Assembly (NCBI GenBank): GCA_009859145.1
Contig: VRVR01000009.1
Location: 1 to 64,000 of the forward strand
DNA from: Andalucia godoyi And28
Lineage: Eukaryota > Protista > Jakobida
Length of the DNA: 64,000 bases
Direction: 5' to 3'
The notes beneath the pieces were generated by a model. That model was not told the DNA's origin, did no database searches, and was given only the letters and a program-made list of their open reading frames with translations. The translations under genes and the position numbers were made by a program. Shown piece by piece: positions 30,389 through 41,727 of the stretch. Each line of letters begins with the position of its first letter. Position 1 is the first letter of the stretch.

Positions 30389-33319
30389 TTACTTGAGCTT
30401 ATTCATCTCGTCAATACCACGAAGGATGTCCGAAATTTCAACCTCCAGCTGTTGCAGCTTGGTGGTGTTCTCTTGGCGGACCTTCTCAGGCACGCGCTCC
30501 TCGTATCCCACCATCTCGACGCGCTTGCGAATCGCATCCTTGCTCGCTTCCGCCGTTGCAAGCTTCTTATTCAGCTTCTTGATTTCGTTGTCTGCGTCGA
30601 TGACCCCCTTCAACATCACGTACACCGCAACCTTGTCGCTCAGAACCTGCACTCCGCAGCCCAGGGGAATCTCCACAGACTCGTCATCAAGCACCTCCAC
30701 CTTTTCGCACTGTGCAAGAGTCGCAATGAGAGCGGATCCGGCACGAGTCGCAGAAGTGGCCTCTGACGAACGACATCTGACAAACAGCTGCAGCTTCTGT
30801 GAGGTGATGTTGTACGACGCGCGCATGGACCGCACAGCGTGCACGACGTCTGACACCAGCTTCATGTCATTCTCGAGACTGACATTTCTGAGCTTGGAGA
30901 CGTCTGAGGCGACCGGGTAGTCCTGCAACATAATAGAGCACTTTCCAGAGACATCTTGGAACGCTTTGATGCCCGGGAGATGTTGCCACAGCTCTTCGGT
31001 CAAGAATGGCATGAACGGATGCGTGAGGCGGAGAGACACTTCGAGACAATGGAACAACACGGCCTGTGCATTTCGCTTTTCCACATCCGTTCCGGCACGC
31101 ATCACGGGCTTCATGCTCTCAAGATAGACGTCGCAAAGTTCATACAACCAAAATGTGTACACAAGAGTCGTTGCACCACCGAAATCAAACTCGCCGAGAG
31201 CGCTGTTCACAGATGCGACACAGTCTGCAAGCCGAGAGAGAATCCATTTGTCTGCAAACAACAACAAAGACTGAACAGAGTCCTCTTGCAGAGCTGACAA
31301 GCCATCCGTCTGCGGGACAAATCCCGTGAAATTCAACAATGCAAAGCGAATCGTGTTCCACAATTTGTTGCACCACTGCCGATACCCTTGCACACGTCCG
31401 ACATCCAAATTGATGTCGCGGCCCTGGGAAGTGTAGTTGAGCAGTGTGAAGCGCAATGCGTCCGCTCCACATTCCGGAATGCCAGAAGGAAACTGTTCTT
31501 TCTGCCCTTTCTTTGCTTTTTCAACTTCACGTGGATCGAGATTTCCTTGCTCCAGCTTCTTTCCCAGTTCCTCCAGCGAAATGCCGTGAATGACATCAAT
31601 CGGATCGATGACATTGCCCAGCGATTTGGACATCTTGCGCCCGAATTTGTCACGAACCATTGCATGCAAAAATACCTCCGTAAACGGCAACTGATCGGTC
31701 AGCTCGAGGGACATCATAACCATGCGGGCAACCCAGAAGAACAAGATATCGTGCCCCGTTTCCAGCAAATTGCCAGGGAAATAGCGCGCCATGTCGTTGG
31801 TATTGTTGGGCCAGCCGCACACAGAAAATGGAAACAGGCCAGAGGAAAACCAGGTGTCCAAAACATCAGGGTCCTGGTCCATGCTTTCAATCACTGAACC
31901 CGGGAACTTCGCCTCGGCCTTTGTGCGAGCCTCTTCGGTGGACCGCGCAACAACCCACTCCACATTGGGTTGTCCCGCAATGCGGACACAGTACGCGGGG
32001 ATGCGGTGGCCCCACCACAGCTGACGAGAAATGCACCAGTCATGGATGTTGTCGAGCCAACGGTACCACGTATCGCAGTGCCACTCGGGAATGATACGAA
32101 GCGTCTTGTCTCGAGCAGCCTGTGTGGCACGAGCAGCCATACCAGCGCAGTTGCAGAACCACTGTGGCTTGATCATGGGTTCAATAACATCTCCAGTGCG
32201 CGAGCAGACACCCAGACGCATTGCGTGTCCCTCCACACTCTTCAAAATTCCCTTTTGCTCCATCGCCTTGATGATTGCAGTTCGGCACTCAAAACGGGGC
32301 AGTCCCTGGAAAGGAGCACCATTCGCATTCATCTTGCCATCGTCGTCAAAGACGGAAATTTCGGGAAGATTGTGACGTTTGCCGCACACAAAGTCATTGG
32401 GATCGTGGGCAGGCGTCACTTTGACAGCGCCGGTTCCAAAAGTCATGTCAACCAAGACAGAATCGCATATGATAGGGATCAGCCGGTCCTGGAACGGATG
32501 TCTTACGAACTTTCCGTGGAGATGCTTGTATCGCTTGTCTTCCGGGTGGATAGCAATCGCGCTATCGCCCAGCATGGTTTCCGGACGAGTTGTCGCCACC
32601 ACGATTTCTTCTCCCGTTTCTGATCCGTCCACCTTGTACGCAAAGTGCACGAGAATTCCAAATTCAACCTGCTTCAAGTACCCGGGAACGCGAATCTTTG
32701 CATTCTTCTCGACATCAATGTACTCGACTTCCAGGTCCGAGAGAACGGTCTTGAGCGCCGGGCACCAGTTCACCAACCGCGTCGATCTGTAGATAAGACC
32801 CTTTTCAAACAACCGGATGAACGCCTCCGTGACCGACTCGCATCGCACAGGATCCATTGTGAATGCCTCGCGCGACCAGTCCAGCGATGCCGCAATCCTG
32901 CGAAGCTGCAGCTGGATCGTTCCAGCAGACTTGTCCTTCCACTCAAACACCTTCTCCAAGAATGCCTGGCGGCCGTAGTCATGACGGCTCTTTCCCTCTT
33001 CCTTCTGCAGCTTCTTCTCTACCACAACCTGCGTCGCAATCCCAGCATGGTCCGTACCCGGAACCCAGAGCGTATCATGCCCAAGCATACGATGCCATCG
33101 CACAAGACAGTCCTGGATCGCACACGTCAGCGTGTGGCCCAAATGAAGCGACCCCGTCACATTCGGGGGAGGCAGAACAATCACAAACTTACCCTTTGAC
33201 GAGTCTCCCGACGGACGGAAGAACCCCTCAGACTCCCACCACTCGTACCACTTGGCCTCCACCTCCTGCGGCATGTATCCAGCTGCCATCTCAGCAGTCA
33301 CGTCCTTCGGCAACGACAT
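30389..33319 (-). CDS. VARS: Valyl-tRNA synthetase
   Basis: PPPNVTGSLHLGH (HIGH), GTDHAGIATQ, ISRQLWWGHRIP and KMSKS. First ATG at 33319, with an in-frame TGA just upstream of the GTG at 33331. Confidence 0.96.
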   Translation of the reverse strand: MSLPKDVTAEMAAGYMPQEVEAKWYEWWESEGFFRPSGDSSKGKFVIVLPPPNVTGSLHLGHTLTCAIQDCLVRWHRMLGHDTLWVPGTDHAGIATQVVVEKKLQKEEGKSRHDYGRQAFLEKVFEWKDKSAGTIQLQLRRIAASLDWSREAFTMDPVRCESVTEAFIRLFEKGLIYRSTRLVNWCPALKTVLSDLEVEYIDVEKNAKIRVPGYLKQVEFGILVHFAYKVDGSETGEEIVVATTRPETMLGDSAIAIHPEDKRYKHLHGKFVRHPFQDRLIPIICDSVLVDMTFGTGAVKVTPAHDPNDFVCGKRHNLPEISVFDDDGKMNANGAPFQGLPRFECRTAIIKAMEQKGILKSVEGHAMRLGVCSRTGDVIEPMIKPQWFCNCAGMAARATQAARDKTLRIIPEWHCDTWYRWLDNIHDWCISRQLWWGHRIPAYCVRIAGQPNVEWVVARSTEEARTKAEAKFPGSVIESMDQDPDVLDTWFSSGLFPFSVCGWPNNTNDMARYFPGNLLETGHDILFFWVARMVMMSLELTDQLPFTEVFLHAMVRDKFGRKMSKSLGNVIDPIDVIHGISLEELGKKLEQGNLDPREVEKAKKGQKEQFPSGIPECGADALRFTLLNYTSQGRDINLDVGRVQGYRQWCNKLWNTIRFALLNFTGFVPQTDGLSALQEDSVQSLLLFADKWILSRLADCVASVNSALGEFDFGGATTLVYTFWLYELCDVYLESMKPVMRAGTDVEKRNAQAVLFHCLEVSLRLTHPFMPFLTEELWQHLPGIKAFQDVSGKCSIMLQDYPVASDVSKLRNVSLENDMKLVSDVVHAVRSMRASYNITSQKLQLFVRCRSSEATSATRAGSALIATLAQCEKVEVLDDESVEIPLGCGVQVLSDKVAVYVMLKGVIDADNEIKKLNKKLATAEASKDAIRKRVEMVGYEERVPEKVRQENTTKLQQLEVEISDILRGIDEMNKLK

Positions 33320-33733
33320 CTCCTCGTTCACCCTTCAATCTGTCTATTACAAACGAAGAATTATTATTTTAGTGCTTTTTCCTTTTGAGAAAAACGGACA
33401 GTAAAGGCTCAAATAACAAAACAATCAAATAAACCAATCAAACCAGCAAAAATGAAAGGAAAGTGAAGCGAAGTGAAGCGAAGCGACTCGGAAAGCTGAA
33501 ACGCTGAAAAACGCGAACGATGATGAAAAGAAGGGGATTCTTCTTTTTACGACCGTTGGGAAAGCATTCGCCCGCGCGCAAGAATTCCCAACCTGCAGTG
33601 TTTCTCAAAGGTTTTTCCGTATTTTTTTTTTTTTTCTTTTTGGTTTGTGAGTGTGTGTGTGTGTGGGTGGGTTTGTCGCGGATTCATTTTCTGGAACAGA
33701 CAAGAGAGCCAGTGGAAGAGAAAGAGCAAGAAC

Positions 33734-35512
33734 ATGGACGGGTGGAAACATGTCTTGCGAGAGTTGGCTGACCAAGTGTCGCTGTTTGTGCGCGAAGACG
33801 TGTTCTCAAACGGGTCTGGAGGTCTGCAGCAGACCTTGCATTCGGGAACGTTTTTCGCGACATTGTTGTTGTGCATTGTGTTTACACTCCGCGTGGTTTG
33901 TGGACGCTTTGTGTCGTTTTTCTGGATATGGAGTGCGGTTGCATCCGAGTTTGTGTGCGAATTGCTGATTGCGGGTCTGCACTCGCATGTTCCCGTGCAC
34001 GATGTTGGGAAGACTGTGTTCCTGTTGCGCCAGGCTTCGTCTGTCTTGGTTTTGGGACTGTGTGCCTTTGGATGGATTCAAGGCAAAAAGGAAAGTCGAA
34101 TTCGCAGAAAGACAAAGGGGGGAGTCATCAGGTTTGAAAATGGCGTGAAGGGATTTCAGCCAAAGCATGAAAATCCGTACAGACGAAAGTTGGCTGAACG
34201 AGCAAGGGAACGAAGCGTGCTGGAGACGTCGTATGATTTGGCGGTGCAGCTGGACAAGGAAGATCCGCTCAGGAGCTTCCGGGATAAATTCCATGTCCCC
34301 GAGAAGACGGTTTATTTGTGTGGAAACTCTCTTGGACTCCAGCCGAAGAACGTGCGCGGCATTCTGGAAGAAGAGCTTGACAAGTGGGCACACTGCGCAG
34401 TCGAGGGCCACTTTGAAGGTAAGAGACCGTGGTTCGAAATCGACGACATTCTTAAGGACCACATGGCAGAAATCGTTGGCGCAAAGCCTTCGGAAGTCGC
34501 CGTTGCAAACTCTCTGACAGCAAACGTCCACTTCTTGCTTGTTCCGTTCTACCGTCCAACTGCAAAGCGCTTCAAGATTCTTATTGAGCGATTCCCGTTC
34601 CCATCGGATATGTGGGCTTTGCGATCGCACATTTCTGCTCGCGGTTTCAATGCAGACGAAGCTCTCTTGCAAATCGAGCCCAGAGATGGAGAAAACAACA
34701 TCCGCACGGAAGATATTCTTGCGCTACTGCGACAGCGCGGCGACGAAATTGCGCTGGTGTTCTTTTCTGGCGTCCAGTTCATGACTGGACAGGCGTTTGA
34801 GATCGAAAAGATCACTGCTGCGGGACACAACGCCGGTTGTGTTGTGGGGTGGGACCTTGCGCATGCTGCTGGCAATCTTCGTCTGCAGCTGCATGATTGG
34901 AACGTGGATTTCGGCTGCTGGTGCTCGTACAAGTATTTGAATTCTGGTCCGGGTAACCTTTCCGGGTTCTTTGTGCATGACCGCTGGACGTCCAACAAGA
35001 ACATCCGTTTGGAAAGGTTCGCCGGCTGGTGGGGGAACAAACGAGAGACGCGATTTGGACTGAGCGAACAGTTCGACCCCAGCGACGGTGCTGCCGGATT
35101 CCAGCTGTCCAATCCGCCCATCTTTGCAATTTGTGCGGTAGCCGGCTCGTTGGAAGTGTTCCACGAAGCCGGCATGGACCGACTCCGCGAAAAGTCTTTG
35201 TTGCTGACATCGTATCTGGAGCTGTTGCTGGACCACCGATTGTCAGACAAGATTGAAATCATTACTCCTAGAGATCCGCAGCAGCGGGGATGCCAAATCT
35301 CCATTCGAGTCCCTGGCTGGGATGCTGTGGAGTTGCAGAAACGATTGGCCTCCAATCGGTGTGTGGTCGACGATCGGAAACCGGACATCATCCGCATTTC
35401 TCCTGCCCCATTGTACAACACCTTTACGGACGTGGCGGATCTTGTCGAGGAGCTCACTCGGGTTCTCAACGCGCGCGAGGCAAAGTCCCCTATCAATATC
35501 AAGATGCGGTAA
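33734..35512 (+). CDS. KYNU: Kynureninase with ~160-aa hydrophobic N-terminal extension
   Basis: YLCGNSLGLQPK, ANSLTANVH, FPSD, WDLAHAAGN, WCSYKYLNSGPG (PLP lysine) and SPAPLYNTF. First ATG at 33734. Confidence 0.92.
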   Translation: MDGWKHVLRELADQVSLFVREDVFSNGSGGLQQTLHSGTFFATLLLCIVFTLRVVCGRFVSFFWIWSAVASEFVCELLIAGLHSHVPVHDVGKTVFLLRQASSVLVLGLCAFGWIQGKKESRIRRKTKGGVIRFENGVKGFQPKHENPYRRKLAERARERSVLETSYDLAVQLDKEDPLRSFRDKFHVPEKTVYLCGNSLGLQPKNVRGILEEELDKWAHCAVEGHFEGKRPWFEIDDILKDHMAEIVGAKPSEVAVANSLTANVHFLLVPFYRPTAKRFKILIERFPFPSDMWALRSHISARGFNADEALLQIEPRDGENNIRTEDILALLRQRGDEIALVFFSGVQFMTGQAFEIEKITAAGHNAGCVVGWDLAHAAGNLRLQLHDWNVDFGCWCSYKYLNSGPGNLSGFFVHDRWTSNKNIRLERFAGWWGNKRETRFGLSEQFDPSDGAAGFQLSNPPIFAICAVAGSLEVFHEAGMDRLREKSLLLTSYLELLLDHRLSDKIEIITPRDPQQRGCQISIRVPGWDAVELQKRLASNRCVVDDRKPDIIRISPAPLYNTFTDVADLVEELTRVLNAREAKSPINIKMR

Positions 35513-35767
35513 TGAAAAAAACAGCAATCCACAGCAAAAATTAAAATTAAAAAATTAAAAACAAAACGGAATCACATGAATCGCGCAGGCGCGTCCCGGC
35601 GCTATCTTTCGAATGATTTCTTTTAGCTTGCATTCTTTCTTTTAATATTTTTATTCCTTTTCAAATCTCTCTGTCTGTCTCTCCCCACGTCTCTCTACAT
35701 TTTCTTTGCTATTCATTATGCCATGCAACACCGTCTCGCCATCGCTATGCACGACACTCTAGGACAG

Positions 35768-36562
35768 CTATTCAGTAAGTCGGACAAAGTTGTCCGGCCG
35801 AATTGCCGAGCGGGTCATTGGGTTGGTCTGCGTGCCAGTCCCAAGCCAGTGCAGCAGCGCCGACCCCCGGAAAAAGTATACAAAGAAAGCTTCGTGTTCC
35901 GCTGCAGTCGGTGTGTCGTTGGGCTCCAGCACTGCAACGACATCTCTTGACAACCTGGAGCTGTTTTCTTGAAACAGCGATTCAAACGTAATCGGATCCG
36001 AAAGATCCCCACGACAAGCGTTCAGACCATGCAGAATTGCTTTTCTCTTTGCATTTGACAAACCAAACACCCCCGGCAATCGAATGCCGTACTTATCCTT
36101 CAGCACGCCGTCGACCTCTGGAAGCGTCGTTCCCCTTGCATCGTCACGAGCATCATACGATGATGATGACGAAGCCGGCGGCTCATAAAACGAAGTGGCT
36201 GCATGACCCGGGGCCGAAGAGTACACAGACGAAGCAGAAAAAGACGACGAGCTGCCTTGGAATAGGCCCGGAAACTGGCCCAGCAACTGCGAAAGAACAA
36301 CCGACGTAGCCGTCATCGGCGATATTAGAAACAGCGCACTTCGCAGAGTCCTCCACATCTCATCTGTTCGGCCAGCACTGTACGCAGCAAGTGCCACACG
36401 AACCGTCTGCTTCACGGAAAGCTTCTGCGCATCCGACAGGCGCGGATTGTACGAAATCATCCAGTTTGAAACTGACTCTGCAATATCCTCTCTGAACGCC
36501 GTCGCTACAAACCGTGCTCCAACACTGAACACATTTCCAAAAAATTCAATCAAGCCAAACAT
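35768..36562 (-). CDS. Hypothetical protein with a degenerate U-box/RING-like C terminus
   Basis: 264 aa from ATG 36562. The C-terminal DPITFESL...LLHWL...NPMTRSAI resembles the U-box pattern (PIT..L...I..WL....P.TR). Confidence 0.55.
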   Translation of the reverse strand: MFGLIEFFGNVFSVGARFVATAFREDIAESVSNWMISYNPRLSDAQKLSVKQTVRVALAAYSAGRTDEMWRTLRSALFLISPMTATSVVLSQLLGQFPGLFQGSSSSFSASSVYSSAPGHAATSFYEPPASSSSSYDARDDARGTTLPEVDGVLKDKYGIRLPGVFGLSNAKRKAILHGLNACRGDLSDPITFESLFQENSSRLSRDVVAVLEPNDTPTAAEHEAFFVYFFRGSALLHWLGTGTQTNPMTRSAIRPDNFVRLTE

Positions 36563-37306
36563 CCCCTCAAGATCTCGTCGCGCAGGCCCGAAGCTTCCTC
36601 TTTCTACTCTGCGTACACTCTCTCTCTGTTTCTCCGACCCTTCAAATACCACAATACATGTTCATACAAAAACATAATAATAGAACAGCAGTTTTCCTAT
36701 TATTTTATTTTCCTCAAAAAAACCCGATTATTGTCCGATGTCGGAACTCGAAGCGGGCTATTTCTTCTAGAAGCCTCATGTTCTGGCAACGTAGGCTCAA
36801 ATGCTCGACCGTGCCCACGGCCTTACAACAGGCTGCGGTCCTGGAGACCACATGTCGAAACGAGCCACACGTCTATATTGTACACTAACCACGGATAATC
36901 ATCGCTGACCACCCATAATCGATGTTGCAACCCAACAACATGCATAGCATAATTGGGAAGGAGGTAGGCCCCAACAAGCCCCTCGGCATGAGCGACGTTC
37001 CCAAGATAGATGTTGCATTGCATGGACAGTAACAATAAAAATAAAGAAATGAAATGAGCGTCGCTGTGCGAGAATGCAACGCGGCGGTGTGTGTATAGGG
37101 TTTTCATGATCAAAATGGGGGCGAAACGAATCGGGCATCGTGTGACGGAGTTGTCAAGATTACCAACGCATGCGCATGGCGAGTGACAGTGTTTTTGTGC
37201 TTTGCGTGCGCTTCGCGAGTGGTGGAGGCACAATATATATATATATATGTGTGTGTGTGTCGCTTTCTGGTTTGGTTGGATGTTTGTGAGTCCCTTTATG
37301 TCTGTC

Positions 37307-37308
<2 letters not shown>

Positions 37309-37400
<92 letters not shown>
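37309..37400 (+). repeat. (TG)46 microsatellite immediately after the LST8 stop codon
   Basis: Read directly from the sequence; 92 nt. Confidence 0.95.
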
Positions 37401-37402
<2 letters not shown>

Positions 37403-37403
<1 letters not shown>

Positions 37404-38371
37404 CAAAAATCGTCGTTCATGGCGAGTGCAACACAAGGTTTTTGGTGCCCCGAGTAGACACGCACGCACTCGCCCTCTGAGACGTCCCACAGCCTCGCGG
37501 TACAGTCCGAGCTACATGATACTACGTATGCCGAGTCGGACGAAAAAACAGATTTCCAGACCCATTTCGAGTGTCCTGTGAGCGTTTTTCGCAGTGAGAC
37601 GTCGGCCGAGTTCCATATCTTGACGGTTGCATCTGCCGATGTTGTCGAGACCAGCTTTCCATCTGGCGATATTGCGCAGGACAGACCGTATTTCTCATGA
37701 GCCTTGATCGAAAGAGGACTGCTGCTGATACTGTGGCTGCTTGACGCATCCAGCGTCGCAGAGGTGACGAGAGATGCCGCAGAAGTGGTCGAAAGCGCGC
37801 GAAAGACATGCAGACTTCCCGCCTGAGTCAAACAGCTCACGAGCGCGCCGTTTGCAGCAATGGACACATCCGTCAGCCCGTTGTTCTCTGTCTTGTCCGG
37901 TCGGAACTCCAGCGAGCACTTGTCAGCCACAAGGTCCCACACACACACCTTTCCTGCAGTATCACACGTGATGACTTCCGCATCGTTTGCATGGAGCACT
38001 GCGCCGCTCATCGGTGCATCGCCCTTGTACTTCCGTGTAAACGTCTTTGTTCGAAGGTCCCAAATACGGCATGTAGAGTCCTCGGATGCAGTAAAGAACC
38101 ACTTTGTGTCGCGATTGAAGCCACACGAAACAATGTTTCCCGTATGGCCCTCAAGTGTGAGCAGCGCCGCAGAGCTCTGTGTCTGCAGCTCAAAGATCCG
38201 GACAAGCGTGTGGCCCGCCGCAGCAAGACAGCTCCGATCACGACTCACCGCAAGCGCATTAATATGCGAGTCTTGGAATTGTATCGTTCGATAGCACACC
38301 CCAGACGGCGCTTCCCACAAGCATATCGTACGATCATACGACGCTGTCGCCAAAATTACACGATTCACCAT
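37403..38371 (-). CDS. LST8: TOR complex subunit LST8 (WD40)
   Basis: VILATASYDRTICLWEAPSGVCYRTIQFQDSHINAL is the LST8 N-terminal signature, followed by WD repeats. Confidence 0.9.
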
Positions 38372-38841
38372 CTCCCCCTCTCCTCCTATACTATACTACA
38401 ATACACGCAACTGCTACTGCTACTGCTACTGCTACTGCTACAAGAAAATGCAAATTTGAAATTTGAAAATTTTAAACAAAGAAAATAAAAACAACAACAA
38501 TAATAACAAATACGTAAAATAAAAGGGAAAAATAATTAAAAGCTGGCTTCTCGATTTCTCGTGCGCTTTTGCTTTTTATTTTGCATTTTGGTGTACGGCA
38601 GTTGACTCAGAAAAAAAAACTCCGAAGCAAACTGTTGTACAAGCAGTTTGATGAAATCGAACTCGGGTCAAACTCATTCGTGTCCGTGTTTCCACGTTGT
38701 TTTTCGAGCTTCCTGCTTGTTCTTCTTCATTCTTTGTTGTTGTGTTTTCCTTAAGTTGTATTATTATTTTATTGTTATTTGTTATTATTGTTATTATTGG
38801 GTAGGAGGAACAAAGGAGAAAAAGAAAGGGGAAAAAGAAAC

Positions 38842-39495
38842 ATGGCGACTGTGGTTCCGCGTAATTTCCGGCTTTTGGATGAACTTGAAAAGGGAGAAAA
38901 GGGCTTTGGAGATGGAACAGTCTCGTACGGCCTTGAGCGTGCGGACGATATCACCCTCACTCATTGGATGGGAACGATTCTTGGACCGCCTGGCGTATGC
39001 ATTTCATTATAGTATCTTATCCTTTCTGCCATCCATGTGGCTGCTGTCGTCCCTATTGTTTACCGATTTATGTTTGATGTTGATACTGATGATGATGTTT
39101 GGGTCCTAACTTGCTTGATTGTTTTCCCACATGGTTGTGATCTCTCGGTCTCTCTCCCCCGTTGATGTTGGATTATAATGGATGTTATTATTATTATTAT
39201 TATTATTTATTTATTTTTTTTGGAAATTCAGACTGCGTTTGATGGAAGAATCATCTCGGTTCGCATTACGTGTGGGGAAAACTACCCGCAGGCGCCACCA
39301 ACGATTCACTTTGTTACGCGTGTGAACATGAATTGTGTGACTGCGCAGGGCGCCGTGGACAACCGGTCGTTCCCGCTCTTCTCTCGATGGAACTCGTCAA
39401 TGGGAATCGAGACGGTGCTGACCGAACTCAAAAAGGAGATGGCAAGCGCTGTAAACCGCAAGACCAGCCAACCACCTGAGGGATCTGTGTACTAG
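38842..39495 (+). CDS. UBE2V: Ubiquitin-conjugating enzyme variant UEV1/MMS2; join(38842..38994,39232..39495)
   Basis: [34 protein letters not shown] | TAFDGRI...[12 protein letters not shown]...QPPEG. Donor GTATGC at 38995, acceptor CAG ending 39231, phase 0. Confidence 0.93.
38995..39231 (+). other. Spliceosomal intron in UEV1/MMS2 (237 nt)
   Basis: GT..AG; removal restores a contiguous UEV domain. Confidence 0.9.
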
Positions 39496-39683
39496 TAGTA
39501 TTAATTAAAAAACAAGAATTGTGCACTCTACCTCGTCTTTTTGCTCTTCGCTGATCTTTCGACGATTCTTCTTTTTCGTTGTTGACCAAAGGGCTTCAGC
39601 GTGTACTTGATTTGCGTTGGGCTTCTTCTGTCTTGGTTTCGTGTTGTGTTTTTTTATTTTATTCTTTTGTTTTTTATTTTTAA

Positions 39684-40958
39684 TTACGCGTAGTAGTTGA
39701 GCGACGTCTTCTTCTTTGCCTGAACCTGTGCAATACCTTCCATAAAGTCTTCGTGTGACAGCTGTCTTCCGTCTCTTCTGAGGGCAATCATCCCCGCTTC
39801 AACGCACACTGCTTTGAGCTGCGCTGCGTTAAAGTCCTCAGTGCATCTCGCAAGTTCCTCATAGTTGACCGACGGTGAAACATTCATTTTGCGAGAATGG
39901 ATCTTCATGATGCGCGCACGAGCTTCTTCATCCGGCATCGGAAACTCAATCTTTCTGTCCAAGCGCCCAGCGCGCAGAAGCGCAGGATCGAGAATGTCCA
40001 CACGGTTGGTCGCAGCAATAACCTTGACTCCCTCCGAAGACGAAAACCCGTCCAGCTGATTCAGCAACTCCAACATCGTTCGCTGCACTTCTCGGTCTCC
40101 AGACTTGTCCGAGTCAAATCGCTTTGTGCCGATAGCATCGAGCTCGTCAATAAAGATGATTGCAGGTTTCTTTTCCTTTGCCAGCGCGAACGCATCACGC
40201 ACGAGCTTTGCACCGTCTCCAATGAACATTTGCACAAGCTGCGGCGCTGCAAGCTTCAAGAACGTCGCGTTCGTTTGAGCGGCACAGGCGCGTGCAAGGA
40301 GAGTCTTTCCAGTGCCGGGTGGTCCGTACAACAGACAGCCCTTTGGAGCCTGGATTCCAAGCTTTTCAAAGCGTTCTCGGTTCGTCATTGGAAGTACAAT
40401 CGCCTCCGTCAGCTCCTGGATCTGCTTATCCAGACCTCCAATATCACTGTAATCTTCCGTCGGTCTTTCGTCAACCTCCATTGCCTTGACACGAGAGTCG
40501 TACTCGGCCGGAAGCACGTCCAGCACCAAAAATGAGTCCTTGTTGACCCCTACAAGGTCGCCAGGCTTCAACGAATCCGCATCCACAAGACCGATCATCG
40601 GCAGAAAAATAGTCTGGCGAGTTGATGTCTTCACAACAGCTGCCTTCTGTGCAGGATGCTCCGAGATCATTCCTTCATCGTCTTGCGACTCGTCTTGGTC
40701 TGCGTCCGGCGCAAGCACTTCAATGATGTTTCCCACAAGATGTGGAAGCTGTCGATTGAGCTTGATCTTATCTGCATTCTCTCGGACGGATTCCTCCATC
40801 TTTTGAAGCTCGTGAGACAAGCGCGAGCTTTCCGACCGCAAAATTCGAATCTCGGAATCCAAAAGACGAGTACGGTTCTCAATCGCTTCCGTCGACATCG
40901 ATTGCATCTCGGAAGAGAGCGAAGGAGGCAGCTCTTCGGATTGCCAAATCTCAGTCAT
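39684..40958 (-). CDS. PSMC3: 26S proteasome AAA-ATPase Rpt5
   Basis: [43 protein letters not shown] and [11 protein letters not shown] terminus. Confidence 0.96.
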   Translation of the reverse strand: MTEIWQSEELPPSLSSEMQSMSTEAIENRTRLLDSEIRILRSESSRLSHELQKMEESVRENADKIKLNRQLPHLVGNIIEVLAPDADQDESQDDEGMISEHPAQKAAVVKTSTRQTIFLPMIGLVDADSLKPGDLVGVNKDSFLVLDVLPAEYDSRVKAMEVDERPTEDYSDIGGLDKQIQELTEAIVLPMTNRERFEKLGIQAPKGCLLYGPPGTGKTLLARACAAQTNATFLKLAAPQLVQMFIGDGAKLVRDAFALAKEKKPAIIFIDELDAIGTKRFDSDKSGDREVQRTMLELLNQLDGFSSSEGVKVIAATNRVDILDPALLRAGRLDRKIEFPMPDEEARARIMKIHSRKMNVSPSVNYEELARCTEDFNAAQLKAVCVEAGMIALRRDGRQLSHEDFMEGIAQVQAKKKTSLNYYA

Positions 40959-41727
40959 GTTTTTTTCTTCTTCTTTTTCCCCTGGCCTCCTTCCGCTTCT
41001 TTCTCTGTGCGTTGGGACTCTGAATGTGAGCTACAGATGTGGGGAAGAAGATAAAAGAGAAGAAAAATTAACTGAAAAAAAATAAATAGAAAGATGGAAT
41101 TGCGCAATGCAGCGACCTCCTTTGTTGACTTGAATATCAGAAGAAACTGAGAGGAAAATGGGACTAATGGGCTAATGCTCACTTGAACAACAAACAGAGT
41201 GGACAGCAGAATCGACAACTCGAAGAGAAAGCGTGTACGACCGTTTTTCAAACTGGGAATGGGGGTAAAATGAAAAAGTAGGATGCCTACATTGTAAACT
41301 AATCGTGCATAATCGGTCTTGCGTCCAACGGGTAGTGAGAGATCCGGTGCGGAAGAATCGAACGCGTCCAGCGGTGGTGCAGATGTCATACGTCTTGCGC
41401 ACAGCAGACGGGTGAAGAAACATTCATAAGCCTAGAAAAAGAGAAGTTTAATTTTCGATTTTACATATTAAAACAAAAAACTTGAACAACGATGTCTACA
41501 GATGGATAGCGAAAGAGCGATTCACGGAGAGAGATTCTGAATTTTGTGGAGCTGGATGGAAGCAGGGGCTATTCGTTTGACAATACTCTTGGTTCAGATT
41601 GCGATGACAATTTTGCTCACGCATACGTCGAGGTTGTTGAACCAAGTGCTGCGCTTCATAATCAACGGCTGTCTGGAAACAGTCCGTCGATCGATCGATC
41701 GAGATGGCAAGGAGCAGAAGCTTGGGC

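Noticed and set aside
33806-35532. Long antisense ORFs (288 and 327 aa) over kynureninase, and similar shadows over MDH, ValRS, CFAP74, RPGRIP1L and eIF2-gamma
   Set aside because: Typical reverse-frame shadows of GC3-rich genes with no independent motifs.
36271-36281. 10-nt match (ggaaactggc) to the putative omegaRNA guide region
   Set aside because: Too short to exceed chance in 64 kb, so not evidence of a target.
37183-37581. ORFs encoding poly-VC or poly-HT
   Set aside because: Translations of the (TG)46 microsatellite.
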